From Candidatus Brocadiia bacterium (lineage in GTDB: Bacteria > Planctomycetota > Brocadiia > SM23-32), in contig JBKHIT010000014.1 of the NCBI GenBank assembly GCA_046538485.1, positions 23,083 through 87,082 of the forward strand: a stretch of 64,000 nt of DNA. The letters are read 5' to 3'. Shown here in pieces: positions 31,016 through 41,672 of this stretch. Below the pieces are notes generated by a model. It saw only the letters and a program-made list of their open reading frames with translations. It had not been told where the DNA came from and made no database searches. Position numbers and translations under genes: made by a program. Numbering within the stretch: the first letter of the stretch is position 1; the number at the start of each line of letters is the position of its first letter.

Positions 31016-33655
31016 GTGCAAGCCAGAGAAACCACCCAGTTTGTTTTGCGATTCACGGGCCCGTTTTCGCCGTTGTGGCTCGTCGTGGCCCTGCCGATTT
31101 TGCTCGGCCTGGGGTGGTACCTTTACAAAAAGCAGGTGGAAGGAGTCGGAAGGGGTACCGCAGCAGGCCTGCTCGCGATCCGTGGTGTTCTGGTCGCCGG
31201 CCTGCTGGTGCTTCTGTTCCGACCCAATCTGGTCCACCGCCGCGTCCTGGAATATCCAGGACGAATTCTGGTCGCTGTGGACGATTCGGAGAGTATCTCG
31301 ACGTCCGACAACGCCATGGATATTGGTGAAGCGCTCTACCTGGCCCGCAGTGTCAGCGGGGTGGAGGAACGCGGCGCCCTCTATCACCAGGGCGCTTCGC
31401 TCATCGGACAGGCCGTTATTCGTCTCAAGAAATTCGAGCGGTACTCCGCTGAAGCCGATAGGAATAAAGACGCGTTCTGGCGGCGGGCGGAGGCGACCCA
31501 CAAACGGGTGCGCAAACCGCTTGTGGATGCCGAGAAGTTGCTCTCAACCGCTGATTCCGAACGGAAGATTGAGCTCCAGGATCTGATCTCGGAGTTACGG
31601 GAAGATCTGTCCCGGTTTTTCCAGGGAAGTGAGCACCCCGGAAGATCGGTCTTCGAATCGTATTATTCGGCTGCCGGAGACCTTGTTGAAGAACTTTTGG
31701 AAATCCAGGGGAAGATTGACCGTGAACGTCTGAAAAATGGCCCCGAAGCCCTCCGTGAGCGGGTCAAAAAGATTCGATCCACACCACGCCTTGGTGTATT
31801 GAAGAAAGTGCTGGCCAGAGTCCCGGAAATGGCTGAAAAGTTTGCGTCCGGGCAGGGTCTGAAATTCGTCCGGCTTATGGGCGAAGACACAGTTGACGCT
31901 GAATCTTTTGCTCCCCGGAATCTGGAGACCCAGCGTGGGCGCACCGATATTCTCGGGACGCTTGAGGCTGCGGTTCGGAAAGACAGCAAATTTCCGCTTT
32001 CCGGCGTAATTCTGTTCTCGGACGGTCGCCATCTCGGAAAAGGTTCGATCGAAAATGTTGTGCAGGAATATTCCCGACGAGACGTCCCAATTTATACCGG
32101 CACGATCGGGAGCACCCGCGAACCGATTGACCTGGCCGTGCTGGAGGTTATCTCGCCGCCCTTCGCTGTGACCGATGTTGAGGCGCGTGTGAAGGTGCGT
32201 GTGAAAGCGTCTTTCAAAGAGCCTCGAAAAGTTGAATTTCGAGTTCGCCGCGGCCAGGACCAGGTCAGTTCGCGGACGATCACACTGGGCGTGGAACCAG
32301 TGGAAACAGTGGAACTGCCATTCAAACCGTCGGAGGCCGGTGTTTTCCGCTACACCGTGGAGGCCGAAGGCCCGGGCGGCGAATCGTTCCCGGTTCGCAA
32401 CAATCGCATGGATTTTGCACTCCACGTCCGATCAGAAAAAATCAGGGTTCTTCTGCTGGATTGGAAACCGCGATGGGAAACACGCTTTGCCCTCAACATC
32501 CTGCGCAGGCTCGATTACGTGGAACTGAATTCGATCATCGCAGTCGTGCAAAAAGGCGGAAAAGTTCCGCGAGGAGTGCGAAGGGGATCCTGGCCGGAAG
32601 ATGAAGCCACTCTGGCGATGTATGATCTTGTCCTGCTCGGACAAAAAAGCCGCCAAATGTTGACCGATCAAGAATGGGAAAACCTGGCGGAGTACGTCCG
32701 GGAGAACGGCGGAACGGTCGGTCTGTTGAGTCCTGATGTGTATCGGCCAGAGGGCGGATCTCGCGTCCTGCCACCGGACCTGGAGGAGGTTCTGCTGCCG
32801 GTGCGAGAAGAAACCCCGCTAGAACCGTCGACCAACTGGGATTGGAGCTCCCCCAAAGGGCTCAAAGTTGGACCAGCGGGAGTGTTCCACCCGACGACGC
32901 GGCAGCTGGCAGCTACACTTGCCCGCGGTAAAACGTCCCCTGAAGAGCTACTGGCTCCCGATTCGCTCTCCATGCTTGAAAGAGTCGGAAGTGCAGCTCC
33001 TGTTGTTGCCACCCGACTGGTGGGTAAAGGAAAGGTGTTTCTGATTGGAAACGAAAACCTTTGGAAAGCGCTCAATCCGACGATCCTCGGTGCGCATTCC
33101 AGGCTCTACGTGGGATTGGTGAGTTGGGTCATCGAAGGCGGGCCACCCGTTCCTGAAGAGGAACCAGGACTGTTCCTCGATGAGCGGAGAGGCCTTCGAA
33201 GGGATGGAATGCAGGTCTGGGTGGGTAATGCCGGCGAGAATAACGAGATCGAAGCCGTCGACGGCGATGAGGTCGTTGCCCGGGCCCGGACGTTTTCCAC
33301 TGGTTCGGCTCTGGCGCGCGCCGTATTCGATCCGGTCCCGGCACGAAATCTCTTGTTTCGACTCCGAGGCCAGCCTGAAATTGCCAGTCCAGAGGTGGTG
33401 GTGACTGAACGATACGATGAACTGTCCTATCTCGCGATGAACAAAGAGTTCCTGCAAAGGCTGGCGGACGAAACGGGCGGCGTCTGCCGTCCTTTGGTTG
33501 AGTTCGAACATTTCCTGGCCGGCCTCCAACCAAAGGAACGGGTTGAGACGAACGAACGGATCTGGCAGCTGTGGGATCTGCCATTGATATTGCTTTTTGC
33601 CGGACTTCTACTGACGATCGAATGGGTTTGGCGTAAACTTGTTGGACTCGTTTAA
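31016..33655 (+). CDS. vWA / glutamine-amidotransferase-like membrane protein of the MoxR cluster
   Basis: Two N-terminal TMs, VAVDDSESI, VILFSDG, PRWETRF, C-terminal LLTIEWVWRKLVGLV. Confidence 0.8.
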   Translation: MQARETTQFVLRFTGPFSPLWLVVALPILLGLGWYLYKKQVEGVGRGTAAGLLAIRGVLVAGLLVLLFRPNLVHRRVLEYPGRILVAVDDSESISTSDNAMDIGEALYLARSVSGVEERGALYHQGASLIGQAVIRLKKFERYSAEADRNKDAFWRRAEATHKRVRKPLVDAEKLLSTADSERKIELQDLISELREDLSRFFQGSEHPGRSVFESYYSAAGDLVEELLEIQGKIDRERLKNGPEALRERVKKIRSTPRLGVLKKVLARVPEMAEKFASGQGLKFVRLMGEDTVDAESFAPRNLETQRGRTDILGTLEAAVRKDSKFPLSGVILFSDGRHLGKGSIENVVQEYSRRDVPIYTGTIGSTREPIDLAVLEVISPPFAVTDVEARVKVRVKASFKEPRKVEFRVRRGQDQVSSRTITLGVEPVETVELPFKPSEAGVFRYTVEAEGPGGESFPVRNNRMDFALHVRSEKIRVLLLDWKPRWETRFALNILRRLDYVELNSIIAVVQKGGKVPRGVRRGSWPEDEATLAMYDLVLLGQKSRQMLTDQEWENLAEYVRENGGTVGLLSPDVYRPEGGSRVLPPDLEEVLLPVREETPLEPSTNWDWSSPKGLKVGPAGVFHPTTRQLAATLARGKTSPEELLAPDSLSMLERVGSAAPVVATRLVGKGKVFLIGNENLWKALNPTILGAHSRLYVGLVSWVIEGGPPVPEEEPGLFLDERRGLRRDGMQVWVGNAGENNEIEAVDGDEVVARARTFSTGSALARAVFDPVPARNLLFRLRGQPEIASPEVVVTERYDELSYLAMNKEFLQRLADETGGVCRPLVEFEHFLAGLQPKERVETNERIWQLWDLPLILLFAGLLLTIEWVWRKLVGLV

Positions 33656-33667
33656 CGAGGAATCCAT

Positions 33668-36600
33668 ATGGGATTTCATGTTGACCATCTGCCGAAATCG
33701 GTCGGACGGCGCCTGAAACAATACCACAGGCGTAAACGTCTGTTTTCTTTCGCACGTGTGGTGATGGGCACGCTGTTGGTTTTGGGCCTTCTGGCCCTGG
33801 TGACAATGCACATCGACCGATTTGCATTCTTATCCTGGAATACCCGCATGGCACTGGTCATCGGCACTTTCTGTGCCTCAGGAACGTACGGGACCGTTTC
33901 TCTTATCCGTTTTTTCATTCGGAAACCGAGCCCACGGCAAATAGCGTACGAACTGGAGAGCAAACTTCCCCCGGAGGTGGAGGAGAGATTTGTATCGCTT
34001 GAGGATATCCTGCGACATACCGATGAGTCGGTTCAGGACGAGGTGGGCGAAAAACTGCTGGACGATCTGAAAAATTCCGCAATCGCACAGAGCGGCGGAT
34101 TGGCTCCGGCATCGCTCGTTACCGATCGGAAAGCACGCAACCTTTTCCGGGGCTGTCTTTTCCTTGGAATTGTCTACGCCCTGTTTTTTCTCCCCCAGAG
34201 TTACGAGTTTGGGCTCATGGGCAAGCGTTTTCTTATGCCCTGGCGAAGAGATCTGCCCAAACCGAGTTTCGTTAAAATCTCGGTCTCACCCGGAAGCGCC
34301 ATCTTTTTTGTGGAACAACCGCAGGAATTTCACGAGCCCCGTGCGGGAGAGATCAAAGCGAAACTGCAAGAAACTCTCGGACGCGAAACCCAGGCAACCT
34401 TTGAAGACACATCCCTTAAAAAAATGACGGGGTGGTTTTCCCAACAGATGGGGGACAAGGTGCAGGTGAAGCTCCTGAACGGGGAATCGATTGAAGACAG
34501 GAAAGTGACGCTCGATGCTCAGGGCACGGTCCGCGAACTGCTGAGCCGACTCTGTCGTGATATGGATCTGGCGTGGACGGGTATCGGCGAGAAAAAAGTG
34601 GTTGTAGGGGCGCCTGCGAGAGTTTGGTTTTCTGGCAAAACCAACTCCCGAACGTCCGAAAAGTTCCGGCGGGAGTTGATGGAGCGATTGAGCACAAACG
34701 TGGCCCTGAACTTGCAGGATACACCCGCCCCGAAAGCGGCTGATCTTCTCGCGGAACAAGTTGACATTGACATTTCTTTTCCGTCTGAAGGATTCGAAAC
34801 CAGAACGGTCAACGTGCAAGGCCGGATGCGGGTTCAAGAGGCGCTTTTCCGAGTTGCAGAAAATACGGGGACCTTCTGGCATGTTGAACAGAATGTTGTG
34901 CGGGGGAAGGGGAGCGAACTTGTGCTTCAGGCCGAAAGCCGCGGGAGGATGCCCGCAGCAGTGAAGTGGTTGGTAGAAAAACTTGGAGGTTCCACCACTA
35001 AATGCTTTATAGCGACCCGGAATTTGAAAGAAGGGGAGTTTCACTACGGGAAAGCGGAAAAGATAGAAATGAGCCGCGTGCATCGGACGTTGTTTCTGTA
35101 TTCTGCAACAGATCTTCAGGAAAGCTTCCACTACCGTGTACGGTATGCCGATGCTCAAACAAAAATCAGGGAAGTTGAGGTCGTGAAACAACCGGAAGTG
35201 GTCGATCTGGAACTCACTCTCACACCACCCGAAAAATATACGACCGTGGAAAAAAAGGTCCTCACCCGTCCCGAAGAAGGGGTTGCTTTCCTGCGCGGCT
35301 CGAAAGTGGGGGTCTCGTTCAAAACTGACCGCCCGGTTGCCGAACGGCGGCTTGAATTCGAAGGAAGAGATGAGCCGATCGTTTTGGAAGCCGAAAGCCA
35401 TGCGAAACCGGTGCAACACGATTTCACGCTCAACGAGAAGGTCAGTTGCACGATCAATGTCGTTGACAGCCGCGGGTTTGAAAACGTCGATAAACCAACG
35501 ATTACCCTCATTCCGCGGGAGGATGAAAAACCGACCGTGCAGCTTCTCTACCCGAGCGGAAAACTCCGGAAAGTGCCCGGGGAAATCGTTCCGATGAAAG
35601 CTGTTGTGCGGGATGATTTCGGGATCGCGAAGGTCGACATCCAGTACTATCTCGACCCGGATCGAAAATCGACCGCGAGGGAAATCGATGTTCCTCTTGA
35701 GAAGAAACAGGCCCGCGAACTGGATATCACTCCGGTGCTGGATCTGGGAGAGACCGGTGCGGCCCCCGGCGACGTGCTGCTGTTGCGGCTGCAGGTGAAA
35801 GACAGCGGTGATAACTACGGCACCTCGCGCGATATATTTGTGCGGGTCGTTCCGTTCACCCGGGGAGCCAACGAACGACGCCGTATTGCTGCACTTCAGT
35901 TCTTCAGAGACGGGTTGCACCTGCTGGCCACTACCAAAGAGGCTCCGGGCAACGGCTTCGAGATTGCGGGGGACCTCTACTCTAAACTGCAAGAGATGGC
36001 AAAAGAGCATCGTGTCCCGTTGCGCGATTCTGCCTCTATGCGATCACTGCTCGAGCTGCTGGAAAAAGAACATCATTTCACGGACCAGCCCCGCCACAAG
36101 GATGATGTCAGACGGATCTACGGCATTCTTTATGCCGCCTGTGCCGCCAGCGAGGCAACCAGTGAAAGTGATGGGCAGAAACGCAGAGCTGCACTGAAGA
36201 AACTGGCTGAGGAAATTCTTCCGCCCCTCATCAACTATCGCCAGGTTAAGAACCTCACCTGGCGCTTTTTCGGCATGAAATACGAAGCCGAAAATATCGG
36301 GTCCAAACTGGAGAAATTGGCCGCCCTGGAAAAACCACCCGCCCAGGAACGAAAATCTGTCCAGCGCCGCGCTGAGCTCTACCTGACCAGTCTTCAGGAC
36401 CTCGGCGACGAGCTGATACGTTTGAGCCGACGTTCTGAGAGCCTGGCGGAGGAGAAAATCTCGCCCACAATCGGTGAGTTGAACACGGCCGGTTATTACC
36501 TGCGAATGGGGTCGCTTAAGGCCCGATCAAATTCTTGCGCCAAAGTGCGGGCGTTGATTCCCGACCTGCTGGTGATTTGCCAGCGCGCTATGCCTGTTCT

Positions 36601-38515
36601 CCAGAAGGGCGAAACCACCGCACGGACCAAACTGCGCGAAAGCTTCGGGGCTTCGTTGTCGGCCCTTTCAGGCGGACGACGCGCCTGGTTGCAGACCGAT
36701 GCGACGATGATGCACCGGAATCCGTTTGCACCTGTCTGGCCGCAGTTTCTGCGGTTCGCCCTCAGCCAAAGTTCCGGGAAAAAAGCCGAACTCGATCGGA
36801 CGTTGTTCGCGCGACTTTTCAAATCGGACTCCGAGAGAAGCTCTCTCGTGCGCCGCGAGAGCCGCGAAGCCCTGCGGATGGGATTTAGAATCCAGGCGGA
36901 AGACCTCCTGGCCCTGGAAAACGTCTCCAATATTGAGAAATCTCTCGAACTCCAGATCCTGCGCCTTGAATGGGCCGACCGGCAGGACAAAGCCGATGAA
37001 ACAGCAGCTCGATTACGCAAAAAGATCCAGAACCTGGATTTCGAAGCAGATGTTCCTCTTGCAGAACTCCGAAAACTGAAAAAAATATTTCACCCCGAGA
37101 AATCGGGAGAAACTACGTCCCCGGATAAGTTGATGCAACAGGCCCGCGAAGTGTATGTTCTGCCCGGACCTTCCGAACAAATGGCAACACTGCTGACCAG
37201 CATGGATGAGGTGGATAGCCGGCTCCAAAAAATGGCCGAAGGACTGAAAAGCGGCGAAGCCGAAACCATACGCCGTTTGCTGGATGATCTTGTCGGTGTG
37301 ATGAACCGAGAAAAACAGTTGATGGACGCTGTTTCACGCGGCTTGTGGCTCCGGTTGGCTCTCTTTGTGCCGAAATGGGAGAAAGGACGGCGGCAGGGCA
37401 AGTTGATGCTGAAAATTCGGGACATCCGAGAACGGTATGACTCGCGAATCGGTCGATCTCTGGCGATTGTTCGTCAGGCCGTGAAGGGAAATAGCGGACG
37501 GGAACTGGAGCGGACGCGTCTGCGGGCGGATATCCAGAAAATGGTTTTCATGCACAAGGCGATCAAGGGGGAATTAAAAACGATAGGTGATAAGTTCGCC
37601 GCCGGAAAGGAAATCGAGAAGGATCCGCAGAAGAAGTATCTCCTGGTCGAGGATTTCCGTCGCACCCGCGAATATGTCCGGGTCAGCGAACAGTTGATTG
37701 GGGGGACCGGTGGGCCGAAACTCGCACGGAAGTTTGTCAGGGAGTTCCCGGAAGCTGGTCTCGCACACCTGAGCGAGAACGTTGTTCTTGTGAGCGAAGC
37801 CCAACAGCATCTTGTGGAAGCGCGTGAGGCGCTTCAGGGCGATTCGCCGGACCGAAAAAAGTTTGCAAATGTGCTTTCATCTGTCCGAGAACGCATCGAG
37901 AAGTTCCAGGCTGTTGTGGACGATTCCGGCAGTGGGGACATACAGAACAGAGTCGAAAACCAGCTTCAGGAACTGATCACAAGACTCCAGAAACTTGAAC
38001 CCGAAGGCCCCGAAGGCAAAACCGATGTGAAGCGAGCCCTTTTTGAACTGGGGGAGGCTGTCCGACATATAAAAAGCGTTATGCGGGAAATCCGCTCCAT
38101 CGCCGATCGTACGCGAGAATCGGGGCCTCAGTTCCAGGGAGGGCCGGCCGGCATCTGGGATAAACAATATCAACGTGATGCTGAATTCGCCCGGGGCCGG
38201 ATTGAGAGACGAAGCCAGCGAGCGCGGGCGCTGGTGACGGCGGGCGTGCTGGAAGCCCTCAAAGAAAAACCCGATCCCGCGCTCTACGCGCAGACGCGGA
38301 ATTGGTCTTTGTTCCTGTATCGGCTTATCCGCGGGGAACTGGCCGGAGTCGGTGGCGTCGAACGTGAACAAGAGGAAGAGGATGAGGAAGCGGATCCCCA
38401 TCTCGCGTTTCTGCACCGCGAACTTAAGAAAGCGCTTCAGGCCGAAGAAATCGATTATTACCAGGCTGTCGCGCGCGAGTATCTGCAAAGCGTCCAGGAC
38501 TACCTGGAGTATTGA
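33668..38515 (+). CDS. 1615-aa membrane-anchored DUF4175-like protein (Ig-like region plus long helical tail) with an STN-like tandem insert
   Basis: Three N-terminal TMs; LTPPEKYT, DEKPTV, DDFGIA and PGDV motifs typical of the large MoxR-cluster proteins; helical C-terminus. Confidence 0.7.
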   Translation: MGFHVDHLPKSVGRRLKQYHRRKRLFSFARVVMGTLLVLGLLALVTMHIDRFAFLSWNTRMALVIGTFCASGTYGTVSLIRFFIRKPSPRQIAYELESKLPPEVEERFVSLEDILRHTDESVQDEVGEKLLDDLKNSAIAQSGGLAPASLVTDRKARNLFRGCLFLGIVYALFFLPQSYEFGLMGKRFLMPWRRDLPKPSFVKISVSPGSAIFFVEQPQEFHEPRAGEIKAKLQETLGRETQATFEDTSLKKMTGWFSQQMGDKVQVKLLNGESIEDRKVTLDAQGTVRELLSRLCRDMDLAWTGIGEKKVVVGAPARVWFSGKTNSRTSEKFRRELMERLSTNVALNLQDTPAPKAADLLAEQVDIDISFPSEGFETRTVNVQGRMRVQEALFRVAENTGTFWHVEQNVVRGKGSELVLQAESRGRMPAAVKWLVEKLGGSTTKCFIATRNLKEGEFHYGKAEKIEMSRVHRTLFLYSATDLQESFHYRVRYADAQTKIREVEVVKQPEVVDLELTLTPPEKYTTVEKKVLTRPEEGVAFLRGSKVGVSFKTDRPVAERRLEFEGRDEPIVLEAESHAKPVQHDFTLNEKVSCTINVVDSRGFENVDKPTITLIPREDEKPTVQLLYPSGKLRKVPGEIVPMKAVVRDDFGIAKVDIQYYLDPDRKSTAREIDVPLEKKQARELDITPVLDLGETGAAPGDVLLLRLQVKDSGDNYGTSRDIFVRVVPFTRGANERRRIAALQFFRDGLHLLATTKEAPGNGFEIAGDLYSKLQEMAKEHRVPLRDSASMRSLLELLEKEHHFTDQPRHKDDVRRIYGILYAACAASEATSESDGQKRRAALKKLAEEILPPLINYRQVKNLTWRFFGMKYEAENIGSKLEKLAALEKPPAQERKSVQRRAELYLTSLQDLGDELIRLSRRSESLAEEKISPTIGELNTAGYYLRMGSLKARSNSCAKVRALIPDLLVICQRAMPVLQKGETTARTKLRESFGASLSALSGGRRAWLQTDATMMHRNPFAPVWPQFLRFALSQSSGKKAELDRTLFARLFKSDSERSSLVRRESREALRMGFRIQAEDLLALENVSNIEKSLELQILRLEWADRQDKADETAARLRKKIQNLDFEADVPLAELRKLKKIFHPEKSGETTSPDKLMQQAREVYVLPGPSEQMATLLTSMDEVDSRLQKMAEGLKSGEAETIRRLLDDLVGVMNREKQLMDAVSRGLWLRLALFVPKWEKGRRQGKLMLKIRDIRERYDSRIGRSLAIVRQAVKGNSGRELERTRLRADIQKMVFMHKAIKGELKTIGDKFAAGKEIEKDPQKKYLLVEDFRRTREYVRVSEQLIGGTGGPKLARKFVREFPEAGLAHLSENVVLVSEAQQHLVEAREALQGDSPDRKKFANVLSSVRERIEKFQAVVDDSGSGDIQNRVENQLQELITRLQKLEPEGPEGKTDVKRALFELGEAVRHIKSVMREIRSIADRTRESGPQFQGGPAGIWDKQYQRDAEFARGRIERRSQRARALVTAGVLEALKEKPDPALYAQTRNWSLFLYRLIRGELAGVGGVEREQEEEDEEADPHLAFLHRELKKALQAEEIDYYQAVAREYLQSVQDYLEY

Positions 38516-38526
38516 GGACCTATCAC

Positions 38527-39678
38527 ATGAAAACGGAAACAAAAAGAAACGACGGGTGTCGGTTGACCACTGAATGGGTCTGGATGTTGACTTTCGCGGT
38601 CTCGCTGCTCGGAACCGTGGCGGGATTACAGGCGGGGGTTTCTGGAGATAAAAATAACGAAGCGCCCACCCCCGAACGGGTTCAGTCGGCCATCAAAGGC
38701 GGGTTGAATTGGCTGGCCGAGAAGCAGGTAACGGAAGGACCGAACGCGGGTAGCTGGCAGGCCCCGCGATACCCCACAGCGGCCAGCAGTTTCGCCGGAC
38801 TCGCGTTCCTGGCGAACGGTCACCTCCCGGGTAAGGGAGAATATGGCCCGACCGTCGAGAGAACCATGCGTTACGTTCAAGATAGCATGACACCCGATGG
38901 TTATCTCGGTGCTCGGGGCGATTCAATGTACGTCCATGCCATTTGCACCCTGTTTGGTCTCTCGTACATGGGGATGACCGAGGATGAGAAACACGAAAAA
39001 GAACTGGCGGAATGGGGCCGAAAAAGCATCGAACTGATTCTCCGCGCACAAAAAGTCCAGAAACGATCCGCCGAACAAGGGGGCTGGCGCTACAGCCCGT
39101 ACTCGGCCGTCAGTGATATGTCCGTGACCTCCTGGCAGCTGCTCGCTCTCCATGCGGCCCGCCAGTGCGGATATAACGTGCCGGACGAAGCATTCCAGGA
39201 TGCACTGGAGTATGTCAATGGCGGTTTCGTTGAGACTGGCGATGGAGAAGCAGGATTTGTGTATCGACCGGGAGTGAGCAAACGTCCCGAACCGGGCGTG
39301 ACGGGGGCGGCGCTGTTTGTGAAGCGAGTCCTTGAAGAAGAACTCGATCCGCGTGCCCGAAAGGGCATCAAACTGTTGCGACAACACCCACCCTCTTGGG
39401 GAGGAAAACAGTACAAGGGGTATTTCTTTTTCGGAATGTTCTATATGGAACAAGGGCTTTTCCAGGTCGGCGGTGAACCGTGGAGACAATTCTATCCGGC
39501 TGCTCAGAAAGTGCTGCTTGAAAATCAGCAAGGAGATGGACACTGGGGGTTTCCACCCGACAATAAGACCGAAAGTCGCATGGCAGGGGAGGCGTATTCC
39601 ACCGCCATGGCGGTTCTTATCCTGTCGCTGGATAAACAGTATCTGCCCATGTATCAGCGCCAGAAACGACTTTACTAA
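38527..39678 (+). CDS. Prenyltransferase/squalene-oxidase-repeat protein (terpene cyclase-like fold), exported
   Basis: GLNWLAEKQ…GSW, GLAFLANG, GGWRY…SDMSVTSWQLLAL, QQGDGHW, YSTAMAVLIL…YLPMYQR. Confidence 0.88.
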   Translation: MKTETKRNDGCRLTTEWVWMLTFAVSLLGTVAGLQAGVSGDKNNEAPTPERVQSAIKGGLNWLAEKQVTEGPNAGSWQAPRYPTAASSFAGLAFLANGHLPGKGEYGPTVERTMRYVQDSMTPDGYLGARGDSMYVHAICTLFGLSYMGMTEDEKHEKELAEWGRKSIELILRAQKVQKRSAEQGGWRYSPYSAVSDMSVTSWQLLALHAARQCGYNVPDEAFQDALEYVNGGFVETGDGEAGFVYRPGVSKRPEPGVTGAALFVKRVLEEELDPRARKGIKLLRQHPPSWGGKQYKGYFFFGMFYMEQGLFQVGGEPWRQFYPAAQKVLLENQQGDGHWGFPPDNKTESRMAGEAYSTAMAVLILSLDKQYLPMYQRQKRLY

Positions 39679-39755
39679 CCGGGCGCAAAACCTGAAAATA
39701 TACAGGGAGTTCTGAATACGTCTTCAAATCACTTTTTGGTGAGGAGACTCAGCTG

Positions 39756-40766
39756 ATGAAACGCAAAATGTCGCTTGCCATTGCCGTTATCTGTTTCGCC
39801 GCTGCTGCGGGTCTGGCCGATGGTAAATGGAAACATATTACAAAAGAAGACGGATTACCCGGTGACGAAATACAACTGCTTCTGCAGGACAAACAGGGGA
39901 AATTGTGGATCGGTACCGGCTCCGGGCTTGCGTTGCGACAGGGGGATGGCTTCAAGGTTTATCTCGAGAAAAAACGCATCTGGGATATGGTCCAGATCGA
40001 TAAGAATCGCTTTTGGATCGGGACCCGCGGAGGAGTTATGTTGCTGCAGGATGGGGAAACAAAACACCTTTTCAAAGGCCACACGGTCGCCCCCATTGTG
40101 CATTACAGGAAGAACGTCTTCTGGGCTATCGGAAAAAATCCCGGCACGCAGCGAAATATTCTTGCCGGGGGAACCACTGAAGGATGGGAACCCATAGAGC
40201 CGTTTAAAGGAAAAAAAGTAGTAGATCTTTTCCGGCAGAATGACGGGACGATCTGGGTTGCTGAAGACGGTAATGGTGTCTACCGTATCGAGCAGGATAA
40301 AGGACCCGAAGAAGCCAAACATCATCTCAGCGGATTCAATGTGACAGTCATCTCTCAGGATTCCAAAGGAGGGGTGTGGTGCGGGGTCTGGGGCCGAGGG
40401 GTCCGTGTCTTCAGGGACGGCAAATGGACGGGCCATCTTGCCGATGAAGAAACATACGTTTTCGATATCGAAGAAGACGCCGAGGGTCATGTGTGGGTGG
40501 CGACCAACTCGTCCGGGTTGTGGGAATACGACGGCAAGGATTGGGAAAGCCATCTGCGGGAAGAAGGACAGATTAACATGCTGGCCACCACTTCCGATGG
40601 GCGCGTCTGGATCAGCACCCAAATGTTGGGCGGACTGCGTTACTGGGACGGCAAGAAATGGCAGTTTGCCCTTGATAACCGACTTCCGTTTCGTTGCCTC
40701 CTTGAAACAAATAAAGGTGATGTTTGGGCGGGTTCGGTTCTGGGCGGGGTGTTCGTTCTTGAGTAA
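39756..40766 (+). CDS. Exported two-component-regulator-type beta-propeller protein
   Basis: Signal peptide; ITKEDGLPGDEI…QDKQGKLWIGT and repeated DxxGxVWxxT blades. Confidence 0.85.
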   Translation: MKRKMSLAIAVICFAAAAGLADGKWKHITKEDGLPGDEIQLLLQDKQGKLWIGTGSGLALRQGDGFKVYLEKKRIWDMVQIDKNRFWIGTRGGVMLLQDGETKHLFKGHTVAPIVHYRKNVFWAIGKNPGTQRNILAGGTTEGWEPIEPFKGKKVVDLFRQNDGTIWVAEDGNGVYRIEQDKGPEEAKHHLSGFNVTVISQDSKGGVWCGVWGRGVRVFRDGKWTGHLADEETYVFDIEEDAEGHVWVATNSSGLWEYDGKDWESHLREEGQINMLATTSDGRVWISTQMLGGLRYWDGKKWQFALDNRLPFRCLLETNKGDVWAGSVLGGVFVLE

Positions 40767-40816
40767 GTTTCGTTTTGGTTTGACATAAACATGTAGCAGA
40801 AAAATCTGCGTTGTCT

Positions 40817-40845
40817 TGACAGGCGAAGGTCTTACCTTTACATTT
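40817..40845 (+). promoter_or_regulatory. Sigma70-type promoter
   Basis: TTGACA-17 nt-TACATT upstream of the small gene at 40964. Confidence 0.45.
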
Positions 40846-40963
40846 ACAAGCGTTATTGTGGCATTTTGTCCTATTCAGCCGTGTGGTTGAGGGTACTACC
40901 AAAAGTATTGGTGGTGCCGAGTTAACACCGACTTTTGTGATAAGAGAAAGGGGTGGAGCAGGT

Positions 40964-41161
40964 ATGTATACCCTGATGAAGGTTGAGACCAGTTCGGGAA
41001 CCGTTCATATCGGATTGAGGCTGCTGAAAAATGGATCGGCTCATACGCTGTGCGGTCGCAAGCTGAATGCGGAAGTTTCGGGCGAGGACGTAAAAAAGAA
41101 GATCAATTGCAAAAGCTGCCTCAATAGCCTCAAGAACTTCGTCGAAGAGAACAATCTCTAA
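40964..41161 (+). CDS. Small putative zinc-binding protein (65 aa)
   Basis: RBS GGAG; H…CG…CKSC motif. Confidence 0.6.
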   Translation: MYTLMKVETSSGTVHIGLRLLKNGSAHTLCGRKLNAEVSGEDVKKKINCKSCLNSLKNFVEENNL

Positions 41162-41295
41162 TATTGTTTCTTCGGTGACGTTCCCCACGTCTTAAGAATA
41201 CATCTCACTGCCTGTCATTTCGGAGTGATGGGGTGGGAGGTGGTCATTTTCCAGACCGTGTCTGTGTCAGTACAATCACGACGCGGTCTTTTTAT

Positions 41296-41592
41296 TTAAT
41301 GTGTTTTCGATTGACTCGACCCTAACCCACTTAAATGGTGTGTATACACGCGAGTTTCCGGCTCATTACCTGCCATCAATTCCGAGAGTATTTTAACGGC
41401 CTTTCGTGCGAAATCATCCGGATCGTATTCCATCCGTGCCGTCGGGAAAGGATAGGAGATATCCGATCCTTTGTTGGCGTGTGTTACGACAACCGGGTAT
41501 TTTTGGACGTTTTGACGTCGAAGCCGGACCGCCAAATAGATTTTTACCAGTGTCCAGGTTTCACACATCTGATTCCCTGCTTTTAGCAACAA
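41296..41592 (-). CDS. Hypothetical protein
   Basis: Short ORF co-oriented with downstream genes; no recognised motif. Confidence 0.35.
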   Translation of the reverse strand: MLLKAGNQMCETWTLVKIYLAVRLRRQNVQKYPVVVTHANKGSDISYPFPTARMEYDPDDFARKAVKILSELMAGNEPETRVYTHHLSGLGSSQSKTH

Positions 41593-41672
41593 TTAGCCCC
41601 ACAAAGCAGTGCCGCAATAGGGTTCTTACGTTAGGGGTAATACGATGCCCTGCCCGCCCTCGGTCTCACCGG

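Noticed and set aside
20458..36010. Long antisense ORFs (e.g. 20458..21936, 22150..23661, 26724..27908, 34286..36010)
   Set aside because: Shadow frames of well-supported + strand genes in GC-rich DNA.
38527..39678. Squalene-hopene cyclase / terpene biosynthesis cluster
   Set aside because: Single-domain exported protein with no DXDD motif, in the usual MoxR-cluster context.
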